Shown here: positions 28,470-46,384 of the stretch, one piece after another | Layout of the letters: every line of letters starts with the position of its first letter | Numbering within the stretch: position 1 is the stretch's first letter | Source: the human T2T-CHM13v2.0 reference genome, Homo sapiens | Direction: 5' to 3' (one strand) | Assembly: GCF_009914755.1 (NCBI RefSeq) | Contig: NC_060941.1 | DNA: 64,000 nt | Program-made: the position numbers and the translations under genes | The notes under the pieces: model-generated | What the model saw: the letters and a program-made list of their open reading frames with translations, nothing else | Databases searched by the model: none | What the model was told of the DNA's origin: nothing

Positions 28470-29210
28470 TTCACTTGTCTGGGAAGCCCATGAAGCTTCA
28501 GGTATGGCTGGATCTAGGTGTTCCAATGATGTTGTCAGAGCTGTAGCTCTTTCCATCTTTCTGCTCTGCTTGGCCTCATTCTGTGTGGAGGCTTTCTCCA
28601 AGTTACAGTTAAACTGACTGCTGGCAACTCCAGTCCTTATTCTCTTTGCTTAGCCACCCACAGAAGAGAAATAACTTCTTTCTCTTCATATTTATACACC
28701 AATTTTAAAAAAGATACTTCAGGTTGAGTGTGGTGGCTCACACTTGTAATCCCAGCACTTTGGGAGGCCGAGGAGGGCAGATCACCTGAGGTCAGGAGTT
28801 TGAGACCAGCCTGGCCAACATGGTGAAACCCCATCTCTACTAAAAATACAAAAATTATCCAGGTGTGGTGGCGGGTGTCTGTAATCCCAGCTACTCAGGA
28901 GGCGAGGCAGGAGAATGGCTTGAACCTGGGAGATGGAGGTTGCAGTAAGCCGAGATCCCACTATTGCACGCCAGCCTGGGTCACAGAGCAAGACTCTGTC
29001 TCTAAATTAATATAATATAATATAATATAATATAATACGAGACTTCAGTTGGCCCTGCTGGAGGCAGGTGCCCATGGAATACCATGCTTGACCTTGCCTA
29101 TCTACAGCCCAGCCCTGTGACCAAGGATCCAAAGCAATTATAAATGACAGCCCCACAGCAAGGATGCAGTGAGGGGGACTGTGTTTTCCTTCTAGAAAAG
29201 GATGCTGGTA
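28470..29210 (-). mobile_element. Old MLT1 (K/L-like) LTR split by an Alu
   Basis: 'gcttcaggtatggctggatctaggtgttccaatgatgt'. Confidence 0.6.
28722..29037 (+). mobile_element. AluS with (AATAT)n tail
   Basis: Full dimer. Confidence 0.95.
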
Positions 29211-30238
29211 GACAAAAACTCCATGTCCATGTTGAATAAAACATTTTTATACTCAAATAATCCCACTTTGAGCTACAAGCAGGAATACATGATCTACCTT
29301 CTCCCACTGATAATGGAAGTTTGATGAAAAAGTTTGAGGAGCACTGATGAAAATACATAGCTTTTTAAACCCACAGCTACTGTGTGGAGTTAGGTCTGAC
29401 TGTACTCACACTGGATGTTGTACCTTTCAGAGGGAAGCCTGACCTGCGTTTGTGTGTGAGATTGCAGGCCCTGTGTCTCTAATTTCACGGAGAGCATTAC
29501 TTGCTTCACGGACCAGATGGAACTAAATTGTCAGATGGTGGGCAGCTGCAACAAGAGCCAGTCATGGCTGTTGTCACCCATTTTCACCCCAGTGGGGTGG
29601 ACACCATAAACAGTGGTATGAGGATATGAGAAAGGACTGGGGAAGCTACAGGAAAATGTGCAAATGTATAAAAGGAAGTTGGCATGGAAGAGCTCATGGC
29701 TCTTGTCAGGACACATAGTATCCCACTGATCCAAAGATCTGACCTGTATGTGCGTGTCCTGCCTGGCATCCAAGCTGCCAGGATTTCATGCTCCCCAAGC
29801 TGAGGTTACACCACAGCAGGGTTGTAGCAAGTGCTGCCAGTGCTCTGCACGTATCCCTTTGCCTTACCACTTCTGCTGTAGAATGTGAGACTTCCCATTG
29901 CAAGAACCTGCATTTCCCTGCCTGAGGGTGCTCTCTGGCCGCTGCTAGTGTGGCACCCTGGAAATGCCCGGAGATCATTCCCCCTAGGGCAGCCCTTAGT
30001 CAATGACTGGCAGGATTAAAGAAATACCAGAGCTCCCCATCCCTCAGAGGAGCCTGTTCTGAGTATATTCCACACTGGTGCTCAGACTCCCGCAGTGGGA
30101 TTGATCTCCAGTTGTCCATAGCTGTGGCTAGCTTGGTAGCACCTCCTGTACCGTCTGCTTTCCTTCCCTTCTATCATGTGCTTCCGTACTTACATCACTT
30201 AAACTACTTGCACTTGATTCCTCATCTGAGTTAACTTC

Positions 30239-30848
<610 letters not shown>

Positions 30849-31019
30849 CTCATCTGAGTTAACTTCTGGAGTAACTCAAACCACGGTGAGAGTTTTCAGG
30901 AAAAAATCTCAGGATCTTTCCTTAGAATGGAGAAGGCTTTCTGCGGTTTTTGGATAGGAACAGTGGACCCATAATGCAAATGTCCACTAATGTCTCTGTA
31001 GATTCATGTGGTTATTAAC

Positions 31020-31480
31020 CCTTATATTAGAGCTATTCTGAGGTTATGGAATGATCTGGGGAGTCAACATGATCCCATAACACCTCTATTGGTTAATTAT
31101 TGTATAACAAGGGGTTTGGCTGATCTAGGCTAGGATTGCTCCATGCATCTATTGTCAGCTGGAGCTCTCTTCTATACTGAGTCTGGCCGGGCAACTCTAC
31201 TCTGTGTGTCTCTCTTCCCCTCCTGTGACCAGCCAGCCAACCTGGACACATTCTTCTCTTTGCAGTGGCAGAGGTGGAAGGGTACATGTTCAATTGAGCA
31301 AATGTTTTTTAAGTCTCTATTTGCATTACATATGTGAATGTTCCTTTGGCTCAAGTAAATCAGATGGCCAAATTCAGAGTCAAAGGGTAGGAAAATGCAC
31401 TTTTTCCCTTTTGGGGATGAGCGGCAGTCACGTGGCAAGGGATATGGAAAGAAGGAGAGATGAAGAACTGAGGCCAAATC
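31020..31480 (-). mobile_element. Old MLT1 (I/J-like) LTR
   Basis: 'ctttggctcaagtaaatcagatggccaaattcagagtcaaagggtaggaaaatgcact'. Confidence 0.6.
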
Positions 31481-32559
31481 TACCCTACACCTATACATCT
31501 GCTGTCCTAAGTCTCTACCATTCTGCTCATCTACCCCTGGGAGATTCTGCAGGGAACACTTGGCTGTCATCAGCTTTTATAACTAGATTCTCAAGGAAAT
31601 TAATTCTAGCTTGCTTCTTTTTCTTAGAAAGGACGCATTATTTTTTCTCTAATGCAATAAACTTTTTATATAATTTTCCATGAATCCAATAAAGATGGCC
31701 ATCTGAACTTGTCTTAGTACTGAACTAATGAATTTGCAGTGAAATGTGTATTTCGATAGCTGACTTATGAAGGGACCGAATTGGAAATCAGGAACACTGC
31801 TTCCAGACAACACACAGATTTCCAGAAGTGTTTAATTTGAGGATTCCTTACTTCTTAAACTCCACACAGACCATGCTCAGGACTTCCTGAGACATGCTGA
31901 AATGGCAGTGTAGTAGAAACACTTATCAATATTGATGCTAGTCCCATTTTGTATTGTCTGTCCATCAGAGGAGAAAAAAAAGATTTATGACTCATTGTTT
32001 TCCAAAGATGCTGCTTCCTCTGCAGTTTTGCAGGTTGTTTTTGGATACAATTTTCTCCTTGTTTATACAATGCCCACTGAAGTGCTTTTTATATCCCAGG
32101 TTTGTACGTTTACAGGCCCATCAGCCAATTTCATACATTATTTTCTGCCCCATAGTTGTCTTTGGTGGTTTGAAACTGACTTGATACATAAAAAACAAAA
32201 CATATCTAGATTCCGCCAGTGCCATTAAAAATAATCATATTGTTTGACCTGTCCCTCTGATGATAACCTTTCATGATAGTTCTGTTTCCTTAGATCTGTC
32301 TTTTGGGATTGCCTTTGGGCGATTTCTGAAGTGGTAGGTTTCTGGAGTTCTCTAGGGAATTGTCCTAGGTTCTCTGGAGCCAGAGTTCCATTATCTGTGA
32401 GAGCACAGGAAGGAATTTTACAGTAATTCTGCTACAGTGAAACATTTGCCTTCAGGCCGGAATTGAAAATAGCAGCTGGAAGGACATTTGGAAAGAGGTT
32501 TGGGGGGTGGGGGCGGTTTGTGGGAGTGCAGGAGAGGTGGAGACAGAGAGAGCTTTCAC

Positions 32560-32960
32560 ATTTGGATAAAAACACTAGCTACAAGGCAAAACGGAGACAG
32601 GGCTGGCATCTTCTACCCTTGAAACTATCCCAAATTAAATTCTCCTCGGGCTTGGCTCTTAAAGCCAGTTATTTCAGAGCCGTGAGTGTCGGCCAGGGTC
32701 AGCACTTGCTCTCGGTAATGAACGCTGAGCGCCACGACTCCTGGATGATGACCAGACACACCGGCCCAGTTTCACCACTGCTCCTCCCACAAAAAGTCAC
32801 CATCCAAAATGTGGACCAGTTCCCTGGAGTCACTGGTAATCGAATAACTAAATTTCAGCCCTCTGAAGACTTGGGGAAGACATGTTCCACCTTTACCCAC
32901 AAGTGTCATTGCAGTAAAGGACACAAATTATAGGTTTGGGCACTGGCCTAAGAAATAAAC
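32560..32960. promoter_or_regulatory. CpG-retaining unique segment, candidate enhancer
   Basis: About 10 CpGs in about 300 bp of non-repeat DNA, in a CpG-poor background. Confidence 0.3.
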
Positions 32961-33021
32961 AAAAGAATTTCAACTAGGAATAGAACCATCGACAAAACCA
33001 TGCTTTAAGAGATAGTTGATA

Positions 33022-33918
33022 GCTAGTGTCCAAGATCACGGGCCCCAGTGAACCACGCCTTCCAGGGTTAGTATTTGTGCCTTGCCAACTGTGTCCAGGG
33101 TTGGTTCCTTCTGGTGGGTTCGTGGTCTTGCTGACTTCAAGAATGGAGCTGCAGACCTTCGCAGTGAGTGTTACAGCTCTTAAAGATGGGACGGACTCAA
33201 AGAGTGAGCAGAAGCAGCAAGATTTATTGCAAAGAGTGAAAGAACAAAGCTTCCACAGTGCGGAAGAGGACCCCAGCCAGTTAAGGCCGCTGGCTGGGCG
33301 GGGTGTGGCCAGCTTTTATTCCCTTATTTGTCCCTGCCCATGTCCTGCTGATTGGTCCATTTTACAAACCTCTAGCTACAGGGTGCTGATTGGTGTATTT
33401 TTACAGAGCACTGATTGGTGCATTTTGCAAACCTCTTCTAAGAAGAGTTCTCCAAGTCCCCACTCGACCCAGGAAGTCCAGCTGGCGTCACCTCTCAAAA
33501 CTTCCTCCCTTTGAGTCTGGGCTGCCTTGTGACTTACTTGTGACTAATAGAATAAGGCTTAAATGACATTGTGTGACTTGTGAGGCTAGATTATAGGAAG
33601 TCTTGAAGCCTCTGTCTGGGTCTCCTAGACACAACTTCTTGCTCTTGGGACACGCCCACTAGAACCTAGCCACCAGCCTGTGCACAGTCCAAGCTACACG
33701 GAGAGTCCATATGTAGGCGTTCTAGTTGACAGCCCAGCTGTGCTCCTGGTTGACAGCCAGCATCGACTGTTACTTCAGATGCCTCCAGCCCCAAACCCCA
33801 GCAGCCATTGTCCACAACCATATGAGATATCACAAGAAAACTGCCCAAATTGCAAGCCTGAACACACAGAATGATAAGAGATAATAAATTATTTTAAGCC
33901 ACTAGATAACTAGAACAG
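33022..33918 (+). mobile_element. MLT1 (G/H-like) LTR split by LTR12
   Basis: 5' part 33022-33089; resumes 'cttcctcccttgagtctgggct...ttttaagccactagataactagaaca'. Confidence 0.7.
33090..33497 (-). mobile_element. LTR12-family (ERV9) solo LTR, LTR12F-like
   Basis: Minus strand TGAGAGGTG...GGACACA; three CCAAT boxes, GGGAATAAAA TATA-like motif, AATAAA; 4-bp flanks caac/aaac. Confidence 0.92.
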
Positions 33919-34009
33919 AAATTATATATTTGCACACAGCTATGTGTGTATATATATATATGCTTTTGAATGGATCCATCAATGATGGATCAGTTGAATG
34001 ATTTTCATT

Positions 34010-35030
34010 TGCTCATGTATTCATTGACTCAACATCTATTGAGCATACATGTCAGGTACTATGCTAATCTCTGGGAATATAGTAGTGAACAAATTAATTA
34101 TGGTCTTGCCTCTGAGGAACCTACAGTCTAGTAAGGGAAGATGACAATAAACAAGCAAACACACAAATAATTGCGAACTTATAAATCATGTCATTTTTTT
34201 AATTTGAAAAAAAAGAACATGGCGCTATGCCAGAATAAGAAAGGAAAATCCAGCCTAGCCTGGTAATATGGTTTGGATTTGTGTCCTCCTCCATAATGAA
34301 TTGTAATCCCCATTGTTGGAGGAGAGGCCTGGTAGGAGGTGATGGGATCATGGGGGCGGATTTCTCCCTTGCTGTTCTCATAATAGCGAGTCCTCCTGAG
34401 ATCTGGTTTTTTAAAAGTGTGTGGCACCTTTCATTTCGCTTTCTTCTTCCTGCTTTTGCCATGATTGTAAGTTTCCTGAGGACTTCCCAGTCATGCTTCC
34501 TGTACAGCCTGTGGAACCACAGAACCAATTAAGCCTTTTTTTCTTTATAAATTACCCAGTCTCAGGTAGGTCTTTATAGCATTGCGAGAATGAACTAATA
34601 CACCTAATAATCAGTTAAGGCCCCTCTGAGGAGCTGACTTTTAAGTGGAATCTGAAACGCAAGAAGGAGCCAGCTACATTAGGGGTGGAGAATGCAGAAA
34701 GCTTTCTAGAATAAAGGAACAATAAAGACCCTAAAGTGGGAAGAGGCTTGGGATATTGGGAGGACCCAGAGAAAGCCATGATGATGGAGTAGAGGGATCT
34801 AGGGGAGAGAGGCCAGAGAGGAAGAACTGGACATGAGCAGTAGGCTTGTAGGCCATGGTGTGGGGTTTGGATTTTCTCCTAAATGCAATGGGAAGCTATT
34901 TAAGGCTTTTAGCAGGGGAGTGACATGATCCAATTTACATTTTAAAAAGGTCACTCAGACAGCCTGGAGGATAACAGATTGGAAGGGGCAAGAAGGGGAT
35001 GAGGGAGGCCGCCATCCAGGTGAGGTGACG
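34010..35030 (-). mobile_element. L2 3' region split by MSTA
   Basis: 'cattgactcaacatctattgagca...', 'gcttgtaggccatggt...tttggattttctcctaaatgcaatgggaagc'. Confidence 0.85.
34264..34602 (+). mobile_element. MSTA-like MaLR solo LTR
   Basis: 'atatggtttggatttgtgtcc...gatcatgggggcggatttc...gagaatgaactaataca'. Confidence 0.9.
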
Positions 35031-35910
35031 AGGTGTCTGAAGCTGCAGGTGGAACCCTGGGAGGCACCACACAGCACCTGCTTCCTGCTGCACCTCAGAC
35101 GGTTCCAGCAGCATTTGTGCTAAGGCAGGTCTTCTACGAAGTGTACTAGTGACTGATGACAAATGCTGTAGGCCCATAGTCACATCCCGAGAATCTCTCC
35201 GTTGTTTCTGCCATGCACACACTATCCCGGTTCTGGCTTGATAGATCAACAATGCCTACAGCTCACTCAACCCCGCGAGGTGTGTGTCAAGGGGTGCTCA
35301 GAGCCTGCTCCCGACCCCACTCCGGTGCACCCTCATCTCACACAGGATGCCGCTCCAGAGGTGGCTGTGGGTGAAGGGCTGTAGGAATATCGCCCGCCCA
35401 CCCCCACCCCGAGCCAGCAGCAAATCCTGTATACTGGGACATGTGATGTCTGAAGTGCCAACCCATCTGGTTGACCAGATTTGCTGCCTTGATGAAGCTG
35501 TCTTTCCTGACCAAGTTGGCTGTTGTTACCAACAGATACTGGGTCCTTGTGCTGTTGTTAAATTAGTTGTGAATAAAAGGAAACCAGAGCAACTAAAGCC
35601 TGCGGTTCCCATAGGCTAGAGAAAATCTGTCGATAGCAATCGTTTCCTAGGATGGTCATTACAAAGGTATTAGCTCTGCATGTTCAGTTCCCCTCTGACT
35701 TTCACCGGATTTATAGATTGTTCGTTCATAGGAACTGCCAGGCACATTTCTGACAAAAATATCTGCATGTACGTAGCCAAATGTGTGTGGCAGGCACTGA
35801 ACTGAGCACGTTGGGGAATAGATCCCATCACCTACCTACTCACAAACCTCACCTTAAATCTGTTTCCCCCAGCACCATCTAGCTACTCCCTGCTGTGAAT
35901 TTAAGAGTTA

Positions 35911-37222
<1,312 letters not shown>

Positions 37223-37225
37223 GGT

Positions 37226-37632
37226 TGTAAACCCAAAATATCTGAGATGGGTCTCAGTGAATTTAGAAAGTTTGTTTTGCCATGGTTAAGGATGTACCCA
37301 TGACACAGCCTCAGGAGATCCTGGCCACGTGTGCCCAAGGTGGTTGGGGTACAGCTTGCTTTTACACATTTTAGGGAGACACAGGACATCAATCAATGTG
37401 TGTAAGATGTACATTGGTTCGGTTCAGTAAAGTGGGACAACTCGAAGTGGGGGCTTCCCAGTTAGCAGCAGGTAAGAGACAAAAGGTTGCATTTTTTTGT
37501 GAATGCTCAGTGAATCTTCATTTTTACATAAACAATAGGGCAGAGGGAGCCATCCGATATGCATTGTCTCAGGTGAACCTCAGAGGGGTGACTTTACATT
37601 CTGTCTGTCCTTTGTCCACAAGGAATTTCCAT
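37226..37632 (-). mobile_element. MER4A-family ERV1 LTR, partial
   Basis: 'tatctgagatgggtctcag...gacacagcctcaggag...catttagggagaca...gatgtacattggttcgg' style motifs. Confidence 0.85.
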
Positions 37633-38487
37633 TTGTCTAAATATTTAAATGTTTTAAAACAAGCTAACAAACAGTTCAATGAAATACCTTTATACTCTCA
37701 GCCTAAGAAGTATTCCTTCATATGTAGTGAAAAATACATGTAAAGCTATGATTTGTATGTGATTAAAAGTTGGCAAACTATTTAAGATAATTTAATCGTT
37801 ATGAATGTCCAGGTGTTCTAATATTTTATATTCTTATGTTTGTTTTATAACATTTACTCTTCTCTTTATTTTGGCAAAAATCACTTTGTTATTGTAATCT
37901 AGATTTTCACATAATGTGTGTTCAATTGCTAGTAATCTAAAGGATTAGAAATAAAATTAATTGCATTAAAAGTGTACAAAATTTGGATATATTTTCAAAA
38001 AAGTAAATCAAAGTAAAAGCAAAATATGAATATTTACTTTATATGTTTTTTCTCCTAAATTAATCAAAACTCTATATTAAAATTAAAAGGCAAAAAATAT
38101 ATAATTAAGGTCAAAATTTTAAATCAAAATGATTCAAGCTAAATTTTTAACTTCGTGAACATTTAATGAAACCTTATTAAAAATATATGTAAATAAAAGG
38201 ATTCCAGTTCTACTATGCAATATCTATTAGTTGGCAATGTAAAGAATTGGTATCATTTCATATGCTCCATCTAGACCTACATAGGCACAAATATAATATG
38301 ATTTGTTTAATATAGTTAACATCATGCTACTTGATAAGCACCCTCGGAACTACAAATTGAAAGAATACTAAGAGAAGCAAGAAAATGGACGCTTAGCCCT
38401 GATGGGAAATCATACCTCGTTTCGTGACAATCTATTACATTCATGTCAAGAGGAAAGGTTGGACAACTTATTTGTCTTTTCTCTTAC

Positions 38488-38613
38488 CTAAGTCGTTCGT
38501 CTGCTCAAATCCTCCTTGCTTGCCAAAGAAACGTCTTCTTCCAACATCAGCAGCGGCACAGTCCACAAGCCTTTGTGGTATTCTGACATGGCCATCTTTT
38601 GTTTGAGGACACA
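38488..38613 (-). other. Candidate internal exon (126 nt), probably non-coding
   Basis: Acceptor 'cttccctctgtcccttgcag|', donor 'TAG|GTAAGA', upstream CTAAC, purine-rich GAAGAAGAC inside. Confidence 0.35.
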
Positions 38614-38651
38614 CTGCAAGGGACAGAGGGAAGCATTTTCCTGACTCCTGA

Positions 38652-39032
<381 letters not shown>

Positions 39033-39318
39033 ATCTTCTTTAATAAGTTTATTTTTGTGTGTATTTGTCAAATGCAGCATCCTCTAAAGTGAGGGGCCAT
39101 GGTAGAGACCTCTTTTGGGTGGGTGGGAGGGCAGTACTCCTCTCCTGTCCACTATTGTATCCCTCCTGCTTACCATAGAGTCTGGCACACAGTAGGTGCT
39201 CAATACATGCTGACTTGGGCACAATGAAGAATTTTTATTATTTTGACCAATGAGGCACTAAGTCATAAATGACTGCTCTCTGGCCTAATCGCCATTAAAA
39301 TATAGCCATCTAGTAAAG

Positions 39319-39867
<549 letters not shown>

Positions 39868-40211
39868 TACTAGAGCATAAGAGGAGAGGGATCCTGCTAA
39901 TGAGGAGGAGAAGGCAGAGTTGAAAATATTTAGGAGGTGGAATTATCAGGAGTGGATGCCCCTTAGTTATTGCAGCATACCAGCAGAAGCCTGAGCTGAA
40001 ACTGCCCGGAGATGCCAAAGCATCCTCAAGCCTTGCCCTCCTTCATCTGGGTGGCTGTTCCTCCTTCCTGGCTTCCCTGGTTTGTCACCCCTGCTCATGT
40101 TTGTCTTACTATAGGTGTCTCCAGATTTCTGGCTTTCTCAGTGCTTCTACAGCCTGGCTGTGCACTAGAATCACCCAGGGTGTTTATTTAAAATGTCCCT
40201 GCCAAGACCCG

Positions 40212-40919
<708 letters not shown>

Positions 40920-40962
40920 CCAGGTTTTTGGATTCATTGGTCTCAGGGGGAGCCAAGGTACT

Positions 40963-40999
<37 letters not shown>

Positions 41000-41617
41000 A
41001 AAGCTGCCCAGAAAATTCTAATGCTCAGCATGTTTGAGAAGGACTGGTAACCAGTTGATATTCTGGCTCTGGTCTTATTAACTCAGCTCTGTCATTCTTC
41101 CAGGACAAAAATGCAGTTAATAGCTTGCCATTTCCATGCTTGGTTGAACTCTTTTGGCCAGCCCCCACTTCAAGGGAAGGAGAACTGGATGATATGTAGA
41201 AGGAACAGCAGGAGAAAGGAGATTTCCAGGTTTCTACTTGGCTGGTGGCAGGGCCATTCCATAGGCAGGAGCAGGTCTACAGGTGAAGGTGATGTGATTG
41301 CCTGTGTGATGATGACTGAGCTGCCTCTGAGACAGGTGCACATTGTTATCAATAAGCAAGTCTGGAATTGAGAGAAGGAATCTTGCCTAGAAATAAAGAT
41401 TTTAGTCTTTATCAGCAAAGAGTTGGAAGTTAAATGCATGGGAATGAATTACTGGGAAAATAGGGGCAAAAATGGAAACCTGGAGAATTCTAGCACTTAA
41501 GAGAGGAGGAGAAAAAGAATTTCCAGTGACTATGACTAAAAGCAGCCATTTGAGTTAGTGGGAAACTAGAGGAATGGGTATAAAGGAGGAAGAGGTCAGT
41601 GGTAAAATGTAACCAAG

Positions 41618-41937
<320 letters not shown>

Positions 41938-41989
41938 TTAAAAATCTGAAGCATCTCCTGGATTTGACAATTACAGGGCACTGGCAACC

Positions 41990-42842
<853 letters not shown>

Positions 42843-43155
42843 TTATTTTGAAGAGTACCATAGAAAAGTACAGACAGTAATAGAAATCTACACCAGAATT
42901 TAAAAAAGGAGATTTTATCATTTTGCTTCAGATTTTTTTTTTTTTGGAAAGACAGAATACTAAAGATGAGGTTTCTTTTGGTTTCTGTCACAACGTCTGT
43001 CTCCTCTATCTCTCAACAGAGAGTGAATTAGGTATGAACCTCATTAGGTATGAACCCTTCTAGTCCATTTTTGATAATTTACTGTTAGTATGTGTTTTCG
43101 AATTTATCTAAATGCTTCCATACTGTATATATCATTCAGCAGCTCCCTCAAACCC

Positions 43156-43780
<625 letters not shown>

Positions 43781-43789
43781 AGAACTACA

Positions 43790-44330
43790 CTTTTGAGAAC
43801 TATCCATGTTGGTATTTACAGAGCTAGGCCATTTGTTTTAACTGTTGTATAGTATGTTTTATTATATCTTATTTTATTTATTTGTTCTCCTATTAATGAA
43901 TATTTTTATAATTCCAATTTTCCACTATTATAAACAATGCTGCAATAAAAATCTCTATACCTTTCTCCTGATGTATGAGTGTTTCTCCACCATCTATACA
44001 CAGAAGAGAAATTGCTGATCATGGGGTTTGTGCATTTAAACTTTACTAGATATTACCAGATTGACATTCATCCATAGACCCTGGTAAGTAGTTCTACAGA
44101 CTCCCACAAACAGTAGGTGTAAATTCTCATTTCCTTGTTCCGTGTTCAACATTTTATATTGTCAGAGTTTGTGGTTTTTGAAAATGTGATGATTATAAAA
44201 TGGTATGCAACTCATGTTATTAAACATTAATATAATTTTGGAGTAGATAATACATGCACACAGTATAAAATTCAGAAGCTACAGGAGCATATACAATGGA
44301 AAGCAAGTCCTCCCTCAGCCCCTGCCCTCT
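43790..44330 (-). mobile_element. L1ME-type fragments
   Basis: 'ccactattataaacaatgctgcaataaaaatc', 'agaagagaaattgctgatcat'. Confidence 0.7.
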
Positions 44331-44336
44331 AGCCCC

Positions 44337-44732
44337 TGTCTTAGTTCGTTTGTGCAAAATACCATAGACCGGGTAATTCACAAACAATAGAAATTTATTT
44401 CTCATGGTTCTGGAGGCTGGGAAGTCCCAGATCAAGGCATAAGCAGGTTTGGCATCTGATAAGGGTTTGATCTCTGCTTCCAAGCTGGTGCCTTGTTGCT
44501 GCATCCTCTGGAGAGGAGGAACAGTGTGTCCTCGTGTGAGACAGAGACAGAGGGCAAGAAAGGGTCAAGCTCTGTGTGAAGCCTCTTTTATAAAGACCTT
44601 AATCCCATTCATGAGGGAAGAACCCTCATGACCTGATTACCTCCTAAAAGTCCCCATGCCTTTAAAGTCACCACGATAAGGATCAAGTTTCAACATGAAA
44701 TTTGGAGGGAACACCATCATTCAAACCATAAC
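44337..44732 (-). mobile_element. MST/MLT1A-type MaLR LTR
   Basis: 'tgtcttagttcgtttgtgc...aaatttatttctcatggttctggaggctgggaagtcccagatcaagg...ttcaaaccataac'. Confidence 0.88.
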
Positions 44733-45084
44733 CACCACTTAGTTCTCTGTTCTGTTGTCTGTTTCTTGTGTGCTCTTCAGATACATTTTATGCAGTTACA
44801 TGTGTGTAGTAAAACATTAAACTTTTTCTATCCCATTTCTTTCGTCTCAGTAGATTATACAGCTTTATAGATTCAATGTTAATTGTTTTCATTTCATACA
44901 TGAACTCTATTTTCTTAGATCCAACAAGCACAGGTTTGGGTGACTACTTGGAAAAAGCTCACAATCCCTAAAGTCAAGAACCATCAATTCCAAAGGTACC
45001 ATTGCAACTGCTCTAAGGGACTTAGGGGACCTCTACCTCAAGTTTCACTCTCCTAGAATTTCCAGTGGAAGCTTGCAGACTAGG

Positions 45085-45560
45085 TCCTTTTATCTGCTAT
45101 GGTACAGTCAGAAAAACAGATACCCCTCTAGGTATCTCAGATAGAAGGAGGCTTATACAGGGAATTAGAGGCTTAAATAACTCTAGGAAAGCTGCAAGAG
45201 TGATAGTGATCGGGACACCTCTTTCAGGAAATCTGGTAGTGCAGGAATCACAAGGAAGCCACTGCCATTGCTCTCAGCTGCCTGTAGAGCCAGTTGGAGT
45301 ATTTTCAGGAGAACACCCAAAAGTTTTAGGCAAAATTCCATGTCAGCCATCTGCTGCTGCCTCAAGAAAACAATGGCTTCTCCTTTTCTTCCCAACCAAA
45401 TCTCATGCAAGTGCCTCTCATTGGTGGAGTCCGGGCTGAATACTGTTGGCAAGATCAGGGAAATGTAGTTTCCAAGTTTGTCGTCCTGTAGAAAAAGACA
45501 AGAGTCCAGAAAGGCAGATGTGGTACTGAGTACCCACAAATGGCAACTGGCAGGGTTCCC
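45085..45560 (-). mobile_element. Ancient LTR remnant, family uncertain
   Basis: 'cagtcagaaaaacagatacccctctaggtatctcagatagaagg...atacagggaatt' resembles an antisense LTR 3' end. Confidence 0.45.
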
Positions 45561-46131
45561 AGTAACAATCTCCCTCTCCCTGCTTACAAACATGATTTTA
45601 TTACCCAACTTTGTAATATTTCATTCTGTCTCTATTAGGGGCATATATTACATAATTTATGTTACAGGTTTTATATAGATCAACAACAATTAAGCACCTA
45701 TTTTATCCTCCACATTGCCTACTTTGTGGAAGACTTAGGGAAGAGTAACACAAAAGGGAAAAGATAGAGTTCCTATTGTTAAGAAACCAAGTGTCACTTA
45801 CTAAAAAGCTTTCACGGAGACCCTACTGTGTGCTCACATCGGAAACCCTAGGAAAGCAGACTGATATGGACTCATACAGTCGAGAGACAAAAATCTGCAT
45901 AGGAATGATAACAACCAAATTCAACATAGAGATTACCAATAGGGAGGGAAGGAACACAGGCAGCTACAATTGTGTAAGTCATATTTTAAACTGGATGGAG
46001 TGTACACATTTGTGTATTTTATTTTTATTTATATTTTTTCCTCTGGCCAAAATATTTCATAATAAAACTTTTTTTTTAAAGAACTAGGCAGGGTCTCTGT
46101 CCTTAGGGAGTTTACATTTTGATGAGAGAGG

Positions 46132-46172
46132 TCTCTCTCTCTCTGTCTCTCTCTCTCTCTCACACACACACA

Positions 46173-46222
<50 letters not shown>
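46132..46222. repeat. Compound (TC)n(CA)n microsatellite
   Basis: Seen directly. Confidence 0.97.
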
Positions 46223-46223
<1 letters not shown>

Positions 46224-46384
46224 GAAATGGGCAAAGATATAGCATCGAGCTGCTGTCTTGGGTAGAAGAGCATCCTGGGAACCCATCTTTATGGAGTTCA
46301 TCAATGAGATCAGAAGAGAAATTATATATGAATTCTGTTAAAAAGGTAAATTTAATGTTGGTGTAGACTTTCATCTTTAATCAA

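Noticed and set aside
33026-33514. 162-aa ORF
   Set aside because: Antisense read-through of the LTR12 solo LTR
37640-38330. Very AT-rich 700-bp stretch
   Set aside because: Could not assign a family or structure; may be an old DNA-transposon interior, which needs a Dfam search
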